Source of the DNA: Vitrella brassicaformis CCMP3155
Lineage: Eukaryota; Protista; Chromerida
DNA: 64,000 bases
Assembly: GCA_001179505.1 (NCBI GenBank)
Contig: CDMY01000347.1
Coordinates: forward strand, 310,001 to 374,000
Reading direction: 5' to 3'
In this document: positions 1 to 12,968 of the stretch, piece by piece
Position numbering within the stretch: position 1 is the stretch's first letter
How the letters are laid out: each line of letters starts with the position of its first letter
Notes under the pieces: model-generated
What the model saw: only the letters and a program-made list of their open reading frames with translations
Database searches by the model: none
Told to the model about the DNA's origin: nothing
Position numbers and translations under genes: made by a program

Positions 1-234
1 GGAGAGGTGCCGAGGGTGGTCAGGTGGAGGGCGTCACGGCTTCAGCTTCTAAAAGCATCAGTAATCCACTCTTCAAGGTCCCTCACCCCTGGCCGTCCAG
101 ACTGCCAAATCCAGCTGAGCCGCAGCAAAGCTCGCCAACGATGGCGTTTCACGGTAGCGGCCGAGAAAAAGGCGAGCCGATGGGTGGCGGAGATGCAGTT
201 GAGGGCTCCACTGAAGGCTGAGTACGACCACAAG

Positions 235-3013
235 ATGCAGGGCCAGAACCCACCGCCTGACCAGGTGCGCCATGCCTTCACGCCACCAAGGACAGACACA
301 AAGGGCGCCGATCAGATCAGACAGAGGGAGGGAGGGCTGGAACGGGAGAAGCAGCACTGGAAGCATGCCTGAAGAACGCTGCGGAGAGGGAGGAGAATCG
401 TGCTGCGTTGTGTGGTTGTGGTTGCGGTTGTGTGTGGTGCACCGCAGGCGTGGGATGAGCATTCGAGGGCGACGGCGCTCTCGCAGCTCAAGAGGCTGGA
501 CAAGAACGTCAGCGGCATCGTCGCTATGGTGCGTACGCCAGACACAGAAGGAAGCAACGAGGGAGGGAGGGAGGGAGGAGGATGCCGTGGCACTCAGTCA
601 CCCACTCAAACCATCGTGTCACGCTTCTTCGTGTGCGTGTGGGTATGGGTGTTCCATTTACTCATCAGGCTTCCTATGTGTCAGTGTACCGGCTCAACAC
701 CGCAAACAACTGGGAAAGGTGCGACCGTCAGCCAGCTGAAGGGTTGGGCGGTCTGGCGCTGACACCACGTGCCTCTGTTGGCTGTTGGTTGGTCAGAGCG
801 GAGATCGAGGGGACGATCTTCATTGTCAACTGCAAGGGGGAGCCGAGGTAATGCGTGTCACACACCGACACTCGTTGCGTGTCTGTCCATTGATCGCCCC
901 ATCTTTGACCTCTGCGTGTGTGTCCCTCCATGCCATGTATGTACTTGTGGTCTGTCTGGTCTGTCTGGTCAGGCACAAGGTGGTGGTTCTCAACCAGAAG
1001 AGCCTCGACAACCTCAGCGAGGCCATCACTAACAGCTGGGAAATGAACACCCAACAGAACTACATCTTCTGGCGGGACGAGGCCATCCCGCAGCAGGTGG
1101 GTTCGGTTGGTACCCACCGCCAAGCAAAGCAAGACAAGACGCCACCCCATCCCCTCACACCGCCATTCTCTCTCTCTTCCCTCCCTGCCGTGTGGGTATG
1201 TTATGTGTTATTACTGTCAGCAACGTCGCGTCTTCGGCATTTGGTTCTTCCACGACGAGGAGCGGCGGCGCATCCACGACGTCCTCCAACGGATCATCAG
1301 CGACCGGACCAAGCCAGAGCCGGAGCCGCACCCCAAGACGGCCGACCTGCCCGACCTCCCCTCCAACATGGAGCGTGTCAACCTCAGGGACATGTCAACC
1401 GTCCCCCCAGGACTCCCACTCACCAACGCCAGCGCCCCAGTGGTGCAGCAGCAGCAGCAGCAGGCCAACGGCGAGGCGCCCCAGCCCAGCGACCCACAGA
1501 GAGCGGGGAAGGAGATTTTGAATCTGCTCGGCATTGGGGGCGGCGGAGGGGGCGAAGAGAACAAGCAAGACGAGACCACTGGTGGGGCCCCGGCAGCGGC
1601 GGCGGCTGCAGCAGCAGCTGCTCCTGCAGCTGCTGTTCCCGCCACGCCAGCTGCGGGGACCAATCCCAGGAATCTCATCTTCGGGCTGCTCGGCATGGTG
1701 GGCGAGTCACCTATCTACCCTACACCATCTTCACTTCAGACAGACATTCACCCACACCTGTCTGTATCTGTTGCGTTCGTTGCATGTGTCTGTCTGTCAG
1801 AACACCGGAGGTCAGCAGTCGCCCTTCCAGCCGCAGACTCCCGGCGACCCCGAGCCATCGCCCGAGCAGCCGCCTCCACACGAAGGCGGCACCCTGCCCG
1901 GCCGACCGCTGCCCTTCTCGCGAGACAAGTCCAGACGCCCCGAGGAGCTGCAGCCGTCGGATGGCGGCCCGCTGCGGGACATCATGTCGATGATGCACCC
2001 ACATGGCCCTCCGCCCCCTCCGCCACCACCGGAGCGCGACGAGAGGCATGAGGGCGGTTTGCGCGTTGGCGGGCCGGCGGATGGCATTGGACTGTGGGGT
2101 CCGCCACCGAGGGAAGGGGCAGGTGTGGGTGGGGCAGGTACGTTCGCGGCGATGCCCATGCCGATGCCATCGGCTGGCGGGGAGAGGGCGGTCGCTCCGC
2201 AGCCGCCGGCAAGGACAGGTGGGGATGGATGGCACACGTGCCAAAGGGATGGACGGGATGGGCTGTGATATCTCCTGCCCGCTACTCTTCGTGTGTTGTG
2301 CAGATTTCCCTGGTGCGTTTGTTGACCATGAAGTGCAGAAGCCCGTCGCAGCAGCAGCTGCTGCTGCCGCTGCTCCAGCTGGAAGGGTACGTCAAACACA
2401 CAAGACGCTCTCTACTCTTCTCGTGCATGATAGCCATTCCCTGCCTCTTTCTTCCTTCTCGTTCTCTGTCTGTCTGCAGAGTCCGGGTGAGCCCCACCGT
2501 GTGCCTCTGTCAATGGACCAGCCGACGATGGGTCCCTCCCCGGCCACCGTGCCCATGCCGATGCCCGTCCCGATGCCCATGCCCATGCCGGTGCCGACCA
2601 CGCCCTCGCCGCCACCCGGCGTCACGCTGCAAGACCAAGACCACACACAGCAGATGGCGTCCATGCCCATACCTATGCCCATGCCGCACCAACAGGAGGT
2701 CCAGCAGGCCAGGGGACCGCCTCCCGCCGCTGCAGCAGCGGCTGCTGCTGTTGGCGCGGCCGTGTCTGGTGCTGCTGGAGTCGATGCCATAACTGTGACG
2801 CGTGATGAGATGCAGGAGGCGTTCCGGCGTGTGCTGGCCTCTGAAGGGTTTCTCGACCTGCTGTGGGGGCAGCTGCACCGGATCAAGGCCGCCGAGAGGG
2901 AGGGGTACGGGCGGCCCAACGGCACGGGGACAGGGAGTGCGGCAAGTTTGGGTAGTACTGCGAGGGGCGGGGCTCCGCGGGGGACGCCCTATGAGGGCAT
3001 GAGGCAGAGGTGA
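235..3013 (+). CDS. DCP1: mRNA-decapping enzyme subunit 1 (EVH1 domain, Pro/Gln-rich linker, C-terminal trimerization helix); multi-exon
   Basis: Spliced exons give ALSQLKRLDKNVSGIV, YRLNTANNWERCD, AEIEGTIFIVN, KVVVLNQKSLDNL, YIFWRD and VFGIWFFHDEERRRIHDVL, which is the Dcp1 EVH1 pattern. The C-terminal TRDEMQEAFRRVLASEGFLDLLW resembles the Dcp1 trimerization helix. The start at 235 is inferred. Confidence 0.85.
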
Positions 3014-3713
3014 CGGGATGACATCGTGACACATAGGCAGGTGCTGCGGTTGCGATGAGCCAGCCAGGAGCTGTGGTGTGGTGTGGTGTCGTGTGGGGGA
3101 CGGTGGGTGATGGTGATTGACTGACTGGTCGTTTCGTTTGTTTTTGGTGCTTTTCCTGTGAGTGAAGGCATAAGCCAGCTGGATTGTGTGTGTCGGGTGT
3201 GTCCTGCAGAACCTGCTCGGCGACTGTGTCATGGCGTGACGCGGCAATGCCCACGCTGTGATATGGGTGCCGACGAGGGTTTGGCGGACACAAAACGACG
3301 CACCCAGAGAGAGAAGGAGAGAGAGCGTTGGGTGTCGCTGGGGCTGTCTCCTTGACTCGCGGGCAGTTCCTTTGGTCTGATGAATGGGCAGCCAAGCTGG
3401 GTGAGAGAGGATGGTCGGGCGAAGGTGTAGGCTCACAGACAGACAGACAGACAGCTGCTACGGATACCCTCACACACACACACACACACGCTCACAGCTA
3501 CGTAAGTACTTGCATAAGTCTCACGTACACGCACTCACGCCATTTGTCTGTCTGCCCGTCTGCATGTCTGTCTTTCTGCTGATGCATCCAATGCGGCGAG
3601 TGAGTGAGGCTCCTGGACCGACACGTGACGTGTGTGCCCCGTGCGTCCATGACATGAACGAACGAGTGGTTTAAGCCATGGTTAACTCAGTGAACTGACT
3701 GACCCCAGCTCAC

Positions 3714-6700
3714 TCAGTCATCAGCAAACCACTCGGGTGGCGACACGGCCGCCCGGCCCTCAACCTGCCGGGTGACCACCACCTGCTGCCTCTTGGCCCA
3801 CGCATCAATGTCACGCCACACGTGATAACCATCTGCACACCGCACACACACACCATCACCATCACAAGCCCATGTGTTCACTTGTGTGTGGCCTACACTC
3901 CAGGAAAAGCTCTTCAGGAATTGTCCATCTCCACCACTCGGGCACCCCATGCTGCTGCCGCAGAGACACCACTTCATCGCTCATCACCACCCCACTCTGC
4001 TGGCCGGCCCCTCCCCCAGCAGCCATGCTCTCCCGCGGGCTGACAGCTATGGCCTTCCAGTTGTCCAATCCCAACTTGGCCCCCGTCACCTTGAACAGCT
4101 CCATGCCGGCTTGTGGGGTGGGCGGCTCGTGCTGTGATGATGACCGAGGTGAGGCGGACGACGAGCCTGCGGCCGACGAGGCCGCGGCGCCGTTGACAAT
4201 GGATCCTCTGCGGGGGTGGGTGGGCTCTGGGAAGGCGCAGATGTCTTCGAGAATGGGCTGGTCCCACTGCAGAAATGCAAACAGGCCAGGCCAGTGTGTG
4301 TCGGTGTCTCTTGGTCGCTCTGTCTGTCTGTCTGTCTGTCTCACTACTGACGGATTTCCCGTCCGTCCAGTCAAAGTCTTCTTTAAGATTCCTACAGGCA
4401 GAGAATGCGGCGCGCACGTTTCTGTGTGTGGTGTCCGTTGTCTGGTGCGTAACTGACAGTATTTCCTTGAACGTGTCTTCGGCCTGGTTGTGCGTTGTGA
4501 AGCCTGAGGCGTCCAGCACCTGACGGTAGGTCAGACCACCGATCCACTGCCTGCGCACAACACACACACACACACACAGAGATACAGACACAGAGGCGCA
4601 TTGCAGGCAGGCAGGCAGCATTAGTTCACTGCCATCGATGGCCGACCGAGAGGGCCGCACGAGGCCTCCCACGCGCAGGTTGTGGAGAAAGGTATCCACC
4701 TGAGTGTGTGAGAAGAGGAAACACCATGTTTGTCTGATCCGCATCGGTCCCCAGGGGGTGGGGTGCTCGATGTGTGTCTGACTCACTCTGATGAGAGTGT
4801 TATTCTCCAGCGGCCGGAGGGCATACGTCACTGCATAATGGCACCCACATTTCAGTCAATCGTCACTCACGTCAGTGGTATCTGTCTGCTGTGGGTGTAA
4901 GTCAGTCTACCAGCTCTGGCGAGTAGGGCCCTTCGGCTGTCACCCGTCAGTCGGTCCGACATCTGGTTCACCACCGGACCAACTGCATCAACGCGCACAC
5001 GGGATGGACACAGGGAAATGTCTCTTGGTGGCGCGTCCGTCTTGTTGTGTGTTGTGTGGTGGATTGGATTGTGCGCTGACCGACGCTGTGTACAGAGACC
5101 CCGAGGCCACGGAGCAGCAGTATCTCCACCTGAGTGACGACAGCCTTACCTACAAGGCCTGCCTCTCGTGTCTGTCTGTCTGTCTGTGTCATTACTTACG
5201 GCCAGCTTAGGAAGAGTGCTATCGGCGTTGAGGAGAGCGTCTCTGGAGGGAGAGAGGGGGAGAGTCACGTGTATAGAGGTGGCCTGCCGTTGTGGGCGGT
5301 GTGGTTGTGTACCTGAAGTGGTTAGCGGGCATCCTCTGCTCATTGCCGAACTGCAATGCCGCTTCCTTAACATACCTGCACCACCAACCCATCACGTGCA
5401 CACCAGGGAATAGCAGCACGTGTGCGGCGCGCAGTGCTCGATTCGTTTCGCCGTTGACCTGACGCATCTCTGGTAGGCCTCCAAGCACTCCATTATATAC
5501 TGGACCTTCATCTCCTCTATCAAACCTCCCTCACTGAACAACCAATCGACACACACACACACACACCACACAGACATTATGCTCTTGTGCGATTCCATCC
5601 ATCCTTCCGGCTCACTTGACTCACATCGGTTCAAAGAGGTCCGTCAGCCGGAGCATGACGTCGTCGTCACTCTTGCGCTTCTCCTGCCTCCCCTCCAGAC
5701 ACCTGTGCACAATGCTCTTCAGGCGGTTCATCCGGGTCCGCTCTTTGACAGGGAAAAAGCTCAGCAGCAGCCCCGTCAGCACCCCAAACGACACACCCAG
5801 GTCCTTGTTCACCTCCACCCCCCCGTGGACCATCGTCCCCCGCCTCACCCCCTCCACCAGACTGTTGTCCTTCTCCACCTCTAGCCCCCGCCGCAGCACC
5901 GCCACCGCCCTCTCCTCAGGCGGTGTGGACACCGCCATCGACGGCCGTCGTTTCCCAACACTTGAGGGCGGCGGCGCCATCATAATGGAGGTGCGCTTCA
6001 CCTGACCGACACCCGCACCAGCAAACATGGTGGAGCCTCGCCGGCCCTTCCCAGCTGCAGCTGGCACAGACATGGTGCTCTCGGCCTTCTCGGAGGGCAC
6101 CGGGCTGAGCAGCGGGCCGATGGTCGCGGCGGTTGCTCGTTGCTGTGCGCGGACGCCTTTGGGTGGGTCTGTGGCTGAGGCTTGTGAGATTTGTATCATG
6201 GGCGAGGCGACGTGGAGTGGGGCGGGGTCGGGGGGCAGAGGGGCGAAGAGGTGCTCGGCGGTGCGGACCAGCAGCCGTGTGAAGGTGCGGACCATTATCA
6301 GCGCCTGATGGCACCAGTCCTCGTGAATGTCACTGCACACCAGAAGAGCAGAATGTCAGTCACATGGGTGTGGTGTGGTGGGCCATGCCATGTGTGTGAG
6401 CTGTGGTTGTTGTGGGTGGATGTGATGTACCCACCCTTTGAGCGCTTTGAAGAGGAGGATGCTGTCGGGTGTCCCTGCACGTGCACAGCTCTCAAACAGG
6501 CCGAAACAGTAGCTGATCTGAGCATCCCGATGCCTGCATCAAACACATACACAGAGAGAGAGAGAGAGAGATACAGAGACACCCCCCCTCACTCTCCTCT
6601 CTCACTTACTCATGTTTAGAAGCGGCGAAGGCCAGGAGTATCTGCCCTAGCTCGTTGCTCCCGCCACCGATCTCCCTCCCCAGCACACCACTGCCACCAG

Positions 6701-9700
6701 TGAGGTCTTCCCGGGCTGCAGAGGGCAGCGCCTTTGGTCCCTCAGCATCACCACCAGCAGCAGCAGTGGTAGCCTCGGCTGGCTGATCGCCTTGATCGGC
6801 TGCTGGTGCTGGTACTGGTGTCGTAGAGAAGAAGTGCGGGTGTGTCTGGGGGAACTGCCACACAGAAAGAGGGAGAGGAGACAGGCATAGTGGCCACCTG
6901 GTATGTCTGTATGGATGTGTGGAAGCAAACAAACGGCGAGGGAGGCACCTTGTGAGCGAACATCCAGAACTCGCCGAGCACGGGAAGCAGCTCCTGTGGG
7001 GTGAGCACCTGAGGCGCCTGATCAACCAACACAGACGCATGAGGACCTTCCCCTCTTCAGTCCCTCCCGCCTCCCAGTATCCATGCACTCACTTGTATGA
7101 GCTGGCTCCCGAATAAGCGCAGGAATGAGGGGATCTGAGGGGAGGACCCCCAGGCCACTAACTTCCTGCTGTCACTCGGCAGAGTGAGTGTGGCATGGTC
7201 CTGAAGACACAGACAGACAGACAGACAGAGACAGAGGGACAGACAGAGGGACAGCAGGCAGCGTTTCATTTGCATGATGGTTGGTTGTGTGTGAAGTATT
7301 CTTGGGGGGCTGCTTGCTCACGGGAGTGCCTTCGAAAGTCTTGCTGAGCTGCACAATGAGCTCATCGCGGTTCCACTCAGGCGTGAGATCGAGGCTCGCC
7401 CTGCACCAGACACATTGCCAACAGCACAACACTCCCACCTACCACGTGTCTCCCTCCCTCCCTCACCCTACCTGAGCTGCTTCCTGAGGCTGCGCGCTGT
7501 AGCCTGCTGGTGCTCAGCCTGCCACGCCAAGTCACCCACGGCCTGTGTCACGCCCTCCACCAGTGCCTCAGCGTCCATCGGCGACACCTTCTGCGGCACC
7601 GTTCGGCCACCGCTGCCCCCCTCCTCACCAGCGTCGTACATGTCGGTCAGCGGGAGGTACCTCGACTCGTCGAAGTGGGGGAGGGCGGAGGCGATCTGGA
7701 GGGCGGCCATGGAGACCAACGTGCCCTCGTTGTCGGTGAAGGTTGACGCTGGTGGATAAACAGAGGGAGACATGGTTGATGTGCATGCCTAAGTGAGACA
7801 TTCTGAGTGAGTGGGTGGGTTGCTGACCGTTCATGGTGCCTTTGGACATAAACTTTGAGGTCATCTTGGCGAAGTGGCCGGTGGGCTGCCGCCGGGTCGA
7901 CGTGATGGACGTGGGCCCCCTGCGACAATACACACATGCAAATTTGCATATGCATCACTCATGAACAAAGGCAAAGGAAGATAAGACGCTGCAGTGCCCT
8001 ACTGATGTTTCGGTTCAGCAGTGTCCTTAAACTTGATGCGCGGCGACGGGCTTGCGGTAGCCTGACGCTAAAGGGGGACACAGAGAGGAGTTGTCCATAG
8101 CGTTGAGACATCACATCGACGTGTGTGTGTGTGCGTGTATGTCGCTGACATCGGTTAGGTTGGCTTGTGAGGCCGCGAGCGCTGTCTGGAGGCCGAAACA
8201 CTCTTTCTGCAGGCCCTCCAGCTGCTTCTTCATCCGCCACTTCTCCTGCTCAGCTTTGCGCCCACACAGCATACAGACGGACATACACAATCCTCAGTAG
8301 ACGATCTTTCTCTCCCGCTCCCACACACACACACGTGTACCCTCTCTCAGACTCGCCTCAGTGGCCAAGTACTGATAGTTGAGTGCTCTAAAGTCCTCCT
8401 CGTTCATCTCAATCACAGCCTTGTACCGCCCTATGTCGGCAACCAGACGCTGCTTCTCGTCCGTGAGGCTTCGGAGGATGGACTGCGTCGACAGAGCGGT
8501 TGAGTCGTGGATGGAGGCGGACATTCTCCTCTCGAGAGTGTCGCTTCTCTGTCGCTCGTCATGCAGCTGCTTCTGGGCCGTCTCGACTCGCTGGGTGAGC
8601 TCTTCTGTGGTGCTGAGAGTGACAGGAATACATTTTGCTGTGTGTGGGCGAGTGGTGCATCAGTTTGTGCGTCAGTCATTACATGCCTTTTCAGCCGCTG
8701 CAGCTCCTGTCTCAGCCCGTTGACCTCCACGAAATAGGGAATCAGCCGCGTCACGTCACTCCCAGGCTACCACATGCCACACCACACACACGGACACGCA
8801 GATCGAATCGACCAACAGACATTCTCCACCCATTAATCGCAGGTATTTTACCTCAAATCCGTCAAAGACAGCCCCGAGCAGGTCCCGCAGCACGCCCCGC
8901 CAGACCCCCTGCAGCGGGTGGCTCTCCCTCCCCTCACTCTGCAGCAAGTGGCGGATGACGTAGCAGGACCGCAGCACCCGGCTCATGTCTGGGGGCAGGT
9001 ACGTGGAGGGTGGGTGGGGTGTCTCCTTGTCGTCTGCAAGTGCGGGAGGGGTGGGGGAGGGGGCGGGGGAGATGAATGGCGACACCTGAATGAATGAGAG
9101 GCCAGCCAGAGATACAAGCAAGATGTGTCTGTCGATCATATGAGGCGACACAGCTGTTGCCTGCAAGTGACTTACGGCTGACGACTCCGCGCTTGGCTGC
9201 GGTCCCATTGCAGCCGATGAGGACACCGGACCGAGACCACCGGCTGCCGTTGTTGTCGCGGCAGACGGCACACCACGGTCATACCCGCCTGACACACGAG
9301 AGACAGCAGAAAACGACGCGTGGACTTGACTTCTCCATCATCGGCCATCCTCTCTCCCACCTGCTTCCGCCTCGTGAGTCTGCTCCATGCCCAGAATCTT
9401 CCGGAGGGTGTCGAGAGACATATCGAACTCTGCCGTAGGGAAGGGATACCCCTCATCGGCGGCCCCCGGCGGCGCTGTGGCCGGTTTGGCTTCAGAGTCC
9501 GGCCGAATCATGGCGTCCTCGGCCTGGTGAACCAGCACCTCCACCCAGCCAGAACGAAACGCTCTTTGTGGCCTTTGCGGGGCTGCTCGAGCAGGAAGTG
9601 GTGGGGGAGGGGCAGGGGGGCGGGTGACGCTTCGTTGAGGCGACGAAAGTGTGGAGGCCGATGGCTCAGGGTCGCTGAGCGATGGCTGGGGCGTCTTTCG

Positions 9701-10277
9701 CGTCAAGACATCCAGCCGCGTCTGCTTCCGCGCCCGCCGCTCATCCCTCGGAGAGAGCTGCACCGAGGGGAAGAACGACGGCACATGGGAGTAGTGCCGC
9801 GGATTCACCCCCACATCCGGCCCTCCCCTCTTGGGAGCGTGGATCAGCGGTGGGGCAGCATGCTTCCTCCTGACCTTCCATCCAGGTCGGCCTCGTCTCT
9901 GCTCCTCCTGCCCGTCACTGTCGCTTTGTGGGAACAGCTGGTGGACAACTGGCGAGAAGTCCTCGAGGAACGGGGCTGCCTGGGCGGGTGACGGGGGAGG
10001 CCGTGGAGGTGACTCCAGCGGGACGCTGTCGACGGACGCGTGCCACTGGGTGTCGGTGGCCGGGGAGGGAGCTCGCTTGCGGCGTGATGCCGGCGCCTGC
10101 AGCCACGCAGAGAGGCAGACAGACAAGGGGATGGGATGGCCAGCGCCCTCCTGTGTGGCACTGCTTCTGTGCAGTGTCCTGTTGGCTCACGTGTTCTCGC
10201 CTTCGTCGCTCGGGTATCTTCTCTCGCTTTTGCCATCCTCCCGGCAGACCGACGTCGATCCCAGCTATCGTTGCCAT
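3714..10277 (-). CDS. Large multi-exon coiled-coil protein, possibly TSNAXIP1-like (ciliary); the 3' exons may belong to a separate gene
   Basis: A chain of exons with GT-AG boundaries runs from MATIAGIDVG (10277) through coiled-coil exons (TTEELTQRVETAQKQLHDERQR). Later exons read LLSFFPVKERTRMNRLKSIV, LRLTDLFEP, GGLIEEMKVQY, DALLNADSTLPK, VEILLLRGLG and VDTFLHNLRVGGL, which recall the C-terminal half of protist TSNAXIP1-like proteins (from memory, no search run). Confidence 0.5.
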
Positions 10278-10529
10278 TGCGCCTTGGGAGAAGGGAAAAA
10301 AATCGGAAAACGAGCCTGGGGGTCGGTGGGGGCTGCATGATCGCATGCAGTCTCGCACAAGAGCCATCCCGATACTAGTTGGAGGCGCTCAGCGTCAATT
10401 TAGTCTCATGAATGATGCATGTGATGTGCAGTGAGTCACGCCAGTCGCACAGGCAGCACGCACAGACAGAGAGCTCCTATGAGTCCCATCCATCCGGACA
10501 CCCACGTGTTCGCCCCGCCCCACCCTCCC

Positions 10530-11164
10530 TCAGTCAAACAGCGAGAAGCCCATGTCCTCGTCCTCTTCCTCCTCCTGCACACACACATGCACACACACGA
10601 CCGACCGACCGACAGACCGATACACACGGGCCGGGCCATGTGACCATAGGTTTCTGGCCCCACACGGATGTCTGTCTGTCCGGTCAGTATGGTATGTACC
10701 TCTTCCTCCTTCTTCTCCTCCTCCTTGGCCTCCTCAGCCGCAGGTGCGGCCCCGCCACCTGCTGCCGGAGCAGCACCGCCACCCACTGCCGGACCTGTGC
10801 ACACACACACACACAGCCAATGAGGACACACACACATCACACATACTATAGATGATGCCTGCCACTGCTTCGTGCAGCCTGTTTGTATGTCCCTCACCGG
10901 CGGCTGCGGTGCCCGCGGCACTGAGCAGTGAGGCGAGGTCCCTGCCCTGCAGCAGCTTCTCAAACAGCCGGGGGAGGAATGGCTCAACCTTCAGACCTGC
11001 TGCTGACACTAGCTTCTCGATATTCTCGGCCTGACCAACGATAGCCACAACATACCCAGTCACCCTCCTGGCTGGCCAGAGCGTGTACGTCCCACCACCC
11101 TCTCGTTCTCCCTACCGTAATGTCTGTTTCCTCGTCATGGAGGATGAGAGCTGCAGCCACACAC

Positions 11165-11202
<38 letters not shown>

Positions 11203-11391
11203 GGTTCGCCTGCGTTCGTGTAGCGGTCAGTTTCCTCACCTGCGTATGTGCACGCCAGCTCCTGCTTCTCCGCATCGCCTGATCACACACACACACAGCG
11301 GGCATCAGCCGTGGGAACAAATCTGAGCCTCTCAGTGTTGTGACGTTTGGAGTTGCAGCTTACTGATATCGGTCACGGGGATAGCCGCCAT
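10530..11391 (-). CDS. RPLP1: 60S acidic ribosomal protein P1; 6 exons
   Basis: Exons join to MAAIPVTDIS-DAEKQELACTYA-ALILHDEETDIT-AENIEKLVSAAGLKVEPFLPRLFEKLLQGRDL..., followed by an Ala/Gly hinge and the canonical end EEEDEDMGFSLFD*. Confidence 0.95.
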
Positions 11392-11657
11392 CTTCCCAGG
11401 AGATCTGCTGTTTTCGGGGAGAGACCAATTTCACAAAGCTCGCATTCCGTGAAACCGCTCCGCTGCCGGTGGAGGAAAGTCGATATGTCGGCAGAGGTAC
11501 AACCTAACTCGGCTAGAGCGTAATTGGTTTCTCAAGAAAGTGACTGGGGGAAAAACTGCACAGAAAGAAGAGCCTGCATCACCGACCGCCTTCAGAGGTA
11601 CGTCAGAAGCAAGATCCTTCACTGTTTCTCTTCACACGCCTGCCACTCACACGTGCC

Positions 11658-12968
11658 ATGTCGTCCCTGCAGATGTCTGGATCTCTCCCACTCGCGGCAC
11701 CACGGCCTCATCCGGCGGCCATTGCAAGCCAACCAGTCGGCAATGAGATCCTCGGTTTCACCATGGAGACCATCAAAGAGAGCGGCACAATGCGGCTCGT
11801 GAACAAGCACGACTTCCAGCGACAGCTCCTCAACCGCACCTTCTTCCAACGGTGGATTGGTGAGCGGCACCCGGCGGCTCTCCGCGCATTCATCGTCTTC
11901 GACGTGCGCCGCGAGGCCAACATCCTCTTCGTGGCGATGTGCCTGGTGCGTGACGGCGGCAGATGGGACGACTGGCCTGACTATCTGAGCGTGCTATCGG
12001 CTGCTCGTGAGGTGACTCTGCCGATCCGCATCACCGATGCCGACGTGGAGCTGCTGCGGGCGTCTGTGCCCCGCCTGGTCCACTGGCTCAAGACGAGTGA
12101 CCGTGAAGACCTCAAGAATCATCAGCACGAGTGGCTGCAGCCGCGCTTTGGCCCCAACGTCCGGCGCATCATCGTCCGTGGAGATGAACAGCGGCAGGCG
12201 ACGAGGCAACGGAGCGGCATCGGACGACCGCCGCGTTTCGTGGACGGCGGCATACTCTGGAGCAAGCCGCCTGCCAGGTGCAACCGATACGGCACGGATG
12301 TGCTGTTTCGCGACTTCGCCTGCCGTCAGTCCATCCGCGTCGGACTCCGATTCTCATTCCGCAGCCCGCCATCGCCCCCTCAAAACGGTGTATGTCTGAC
12401 TGTGCTGCGGTTCCTCGCCAATCAGGCCCGCCCACTCACACCCACATACGCTGCGCGGCTTGAGAGGCCACCAGTTATGGGAGGCGTGTCTTCTCCAAAC
12501 CCACGGCCATATGTTTGGGTGCTGCCTGAGGGCGACGATGGCCCTCCGTGCGTCGTGTCCCTGCTCAGAGACTTCCCCCCGTCCTTCCCCACTCTTTCCA
12601 TCCTCGACATGGTCATGACGAGCCTGATCAGCCCCCAGCACTGGCAAGACAGCACCGTCGACTTTCCCCCTGTGCCCCTTGGCGTTTTCCCGCCGTTTAC
12701 CATCCTTCCGACGTGGGTGGTGGGCCATGCCGACGCAATGTCCGACGGCGTGGAGCGCATCGCCTCGCCGGCTGGGGCTGGTACTGTGAGTGTGGCGCCG
12801 GTCTTGTCGTTCATCCGGGATCAGCTCAACACCAACGGCCGTCGGCTGGTGCACCAGGGGGTGATCGACCTGCTGACGTTCGTCGATCAGCTGGGAGCGT
12901 TCTTCCCGCAGGATGGCGTGACGGTGCGGAGGTCTTTCCTTTTGTACCGGCCGGAGGCCATTGACTGA
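11658..12968 (+). CDS. Intronless hypothetical protein, 436 aa
   Basis: Long uninterrupted ATG-to-stop ORF with globular amino-acid composition and no microsatellites. No domain recognised. Confidence 0.7.
   Translation: MSSLQMSGSLPLAAPRPHPAAIASQPVGNEILGFTMETIKESGTMRLVNKHDFQRQLLNRTFFQRWIGERHPAALRAFIVFDVRREANILFVAMCLVRDGGRWDDWPDYLSVLSAAREVTLPIRITDADVELLRASVPRLVHWLKTSDREDLKNHQHEWLQPRFGPNVRRIIVRGDEQRQATRQRSGIGRPPRFVDGGILWSKPPARCNRYGTDVLFRDFACRQSIRVGLRFSFRSPPSPPQNGVCLTVLRFLANQARPLTPTYAARLERPPVMGGVSSPNPRPYVWVLPEGDDGPPCVVSLLRDFPPSFPTLSILDMVMTSLISPQHWQDSTVDFPPVPLGVFPPFTILPTWVVGHADAMSDGVERIASPAGAGTVSVAPVLSFIRDQLNTNGRRLVHQGVIDLLTFVDQLGAFFPQDGVTVRRSFLLYRPEAID

Noticed and set aside
10190-10277. LPGGWQKR at the start of the large gene as a WW domain
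   Set aside because: The aromatic YY/F core and second Trp-Pro at proper spacing are absent.
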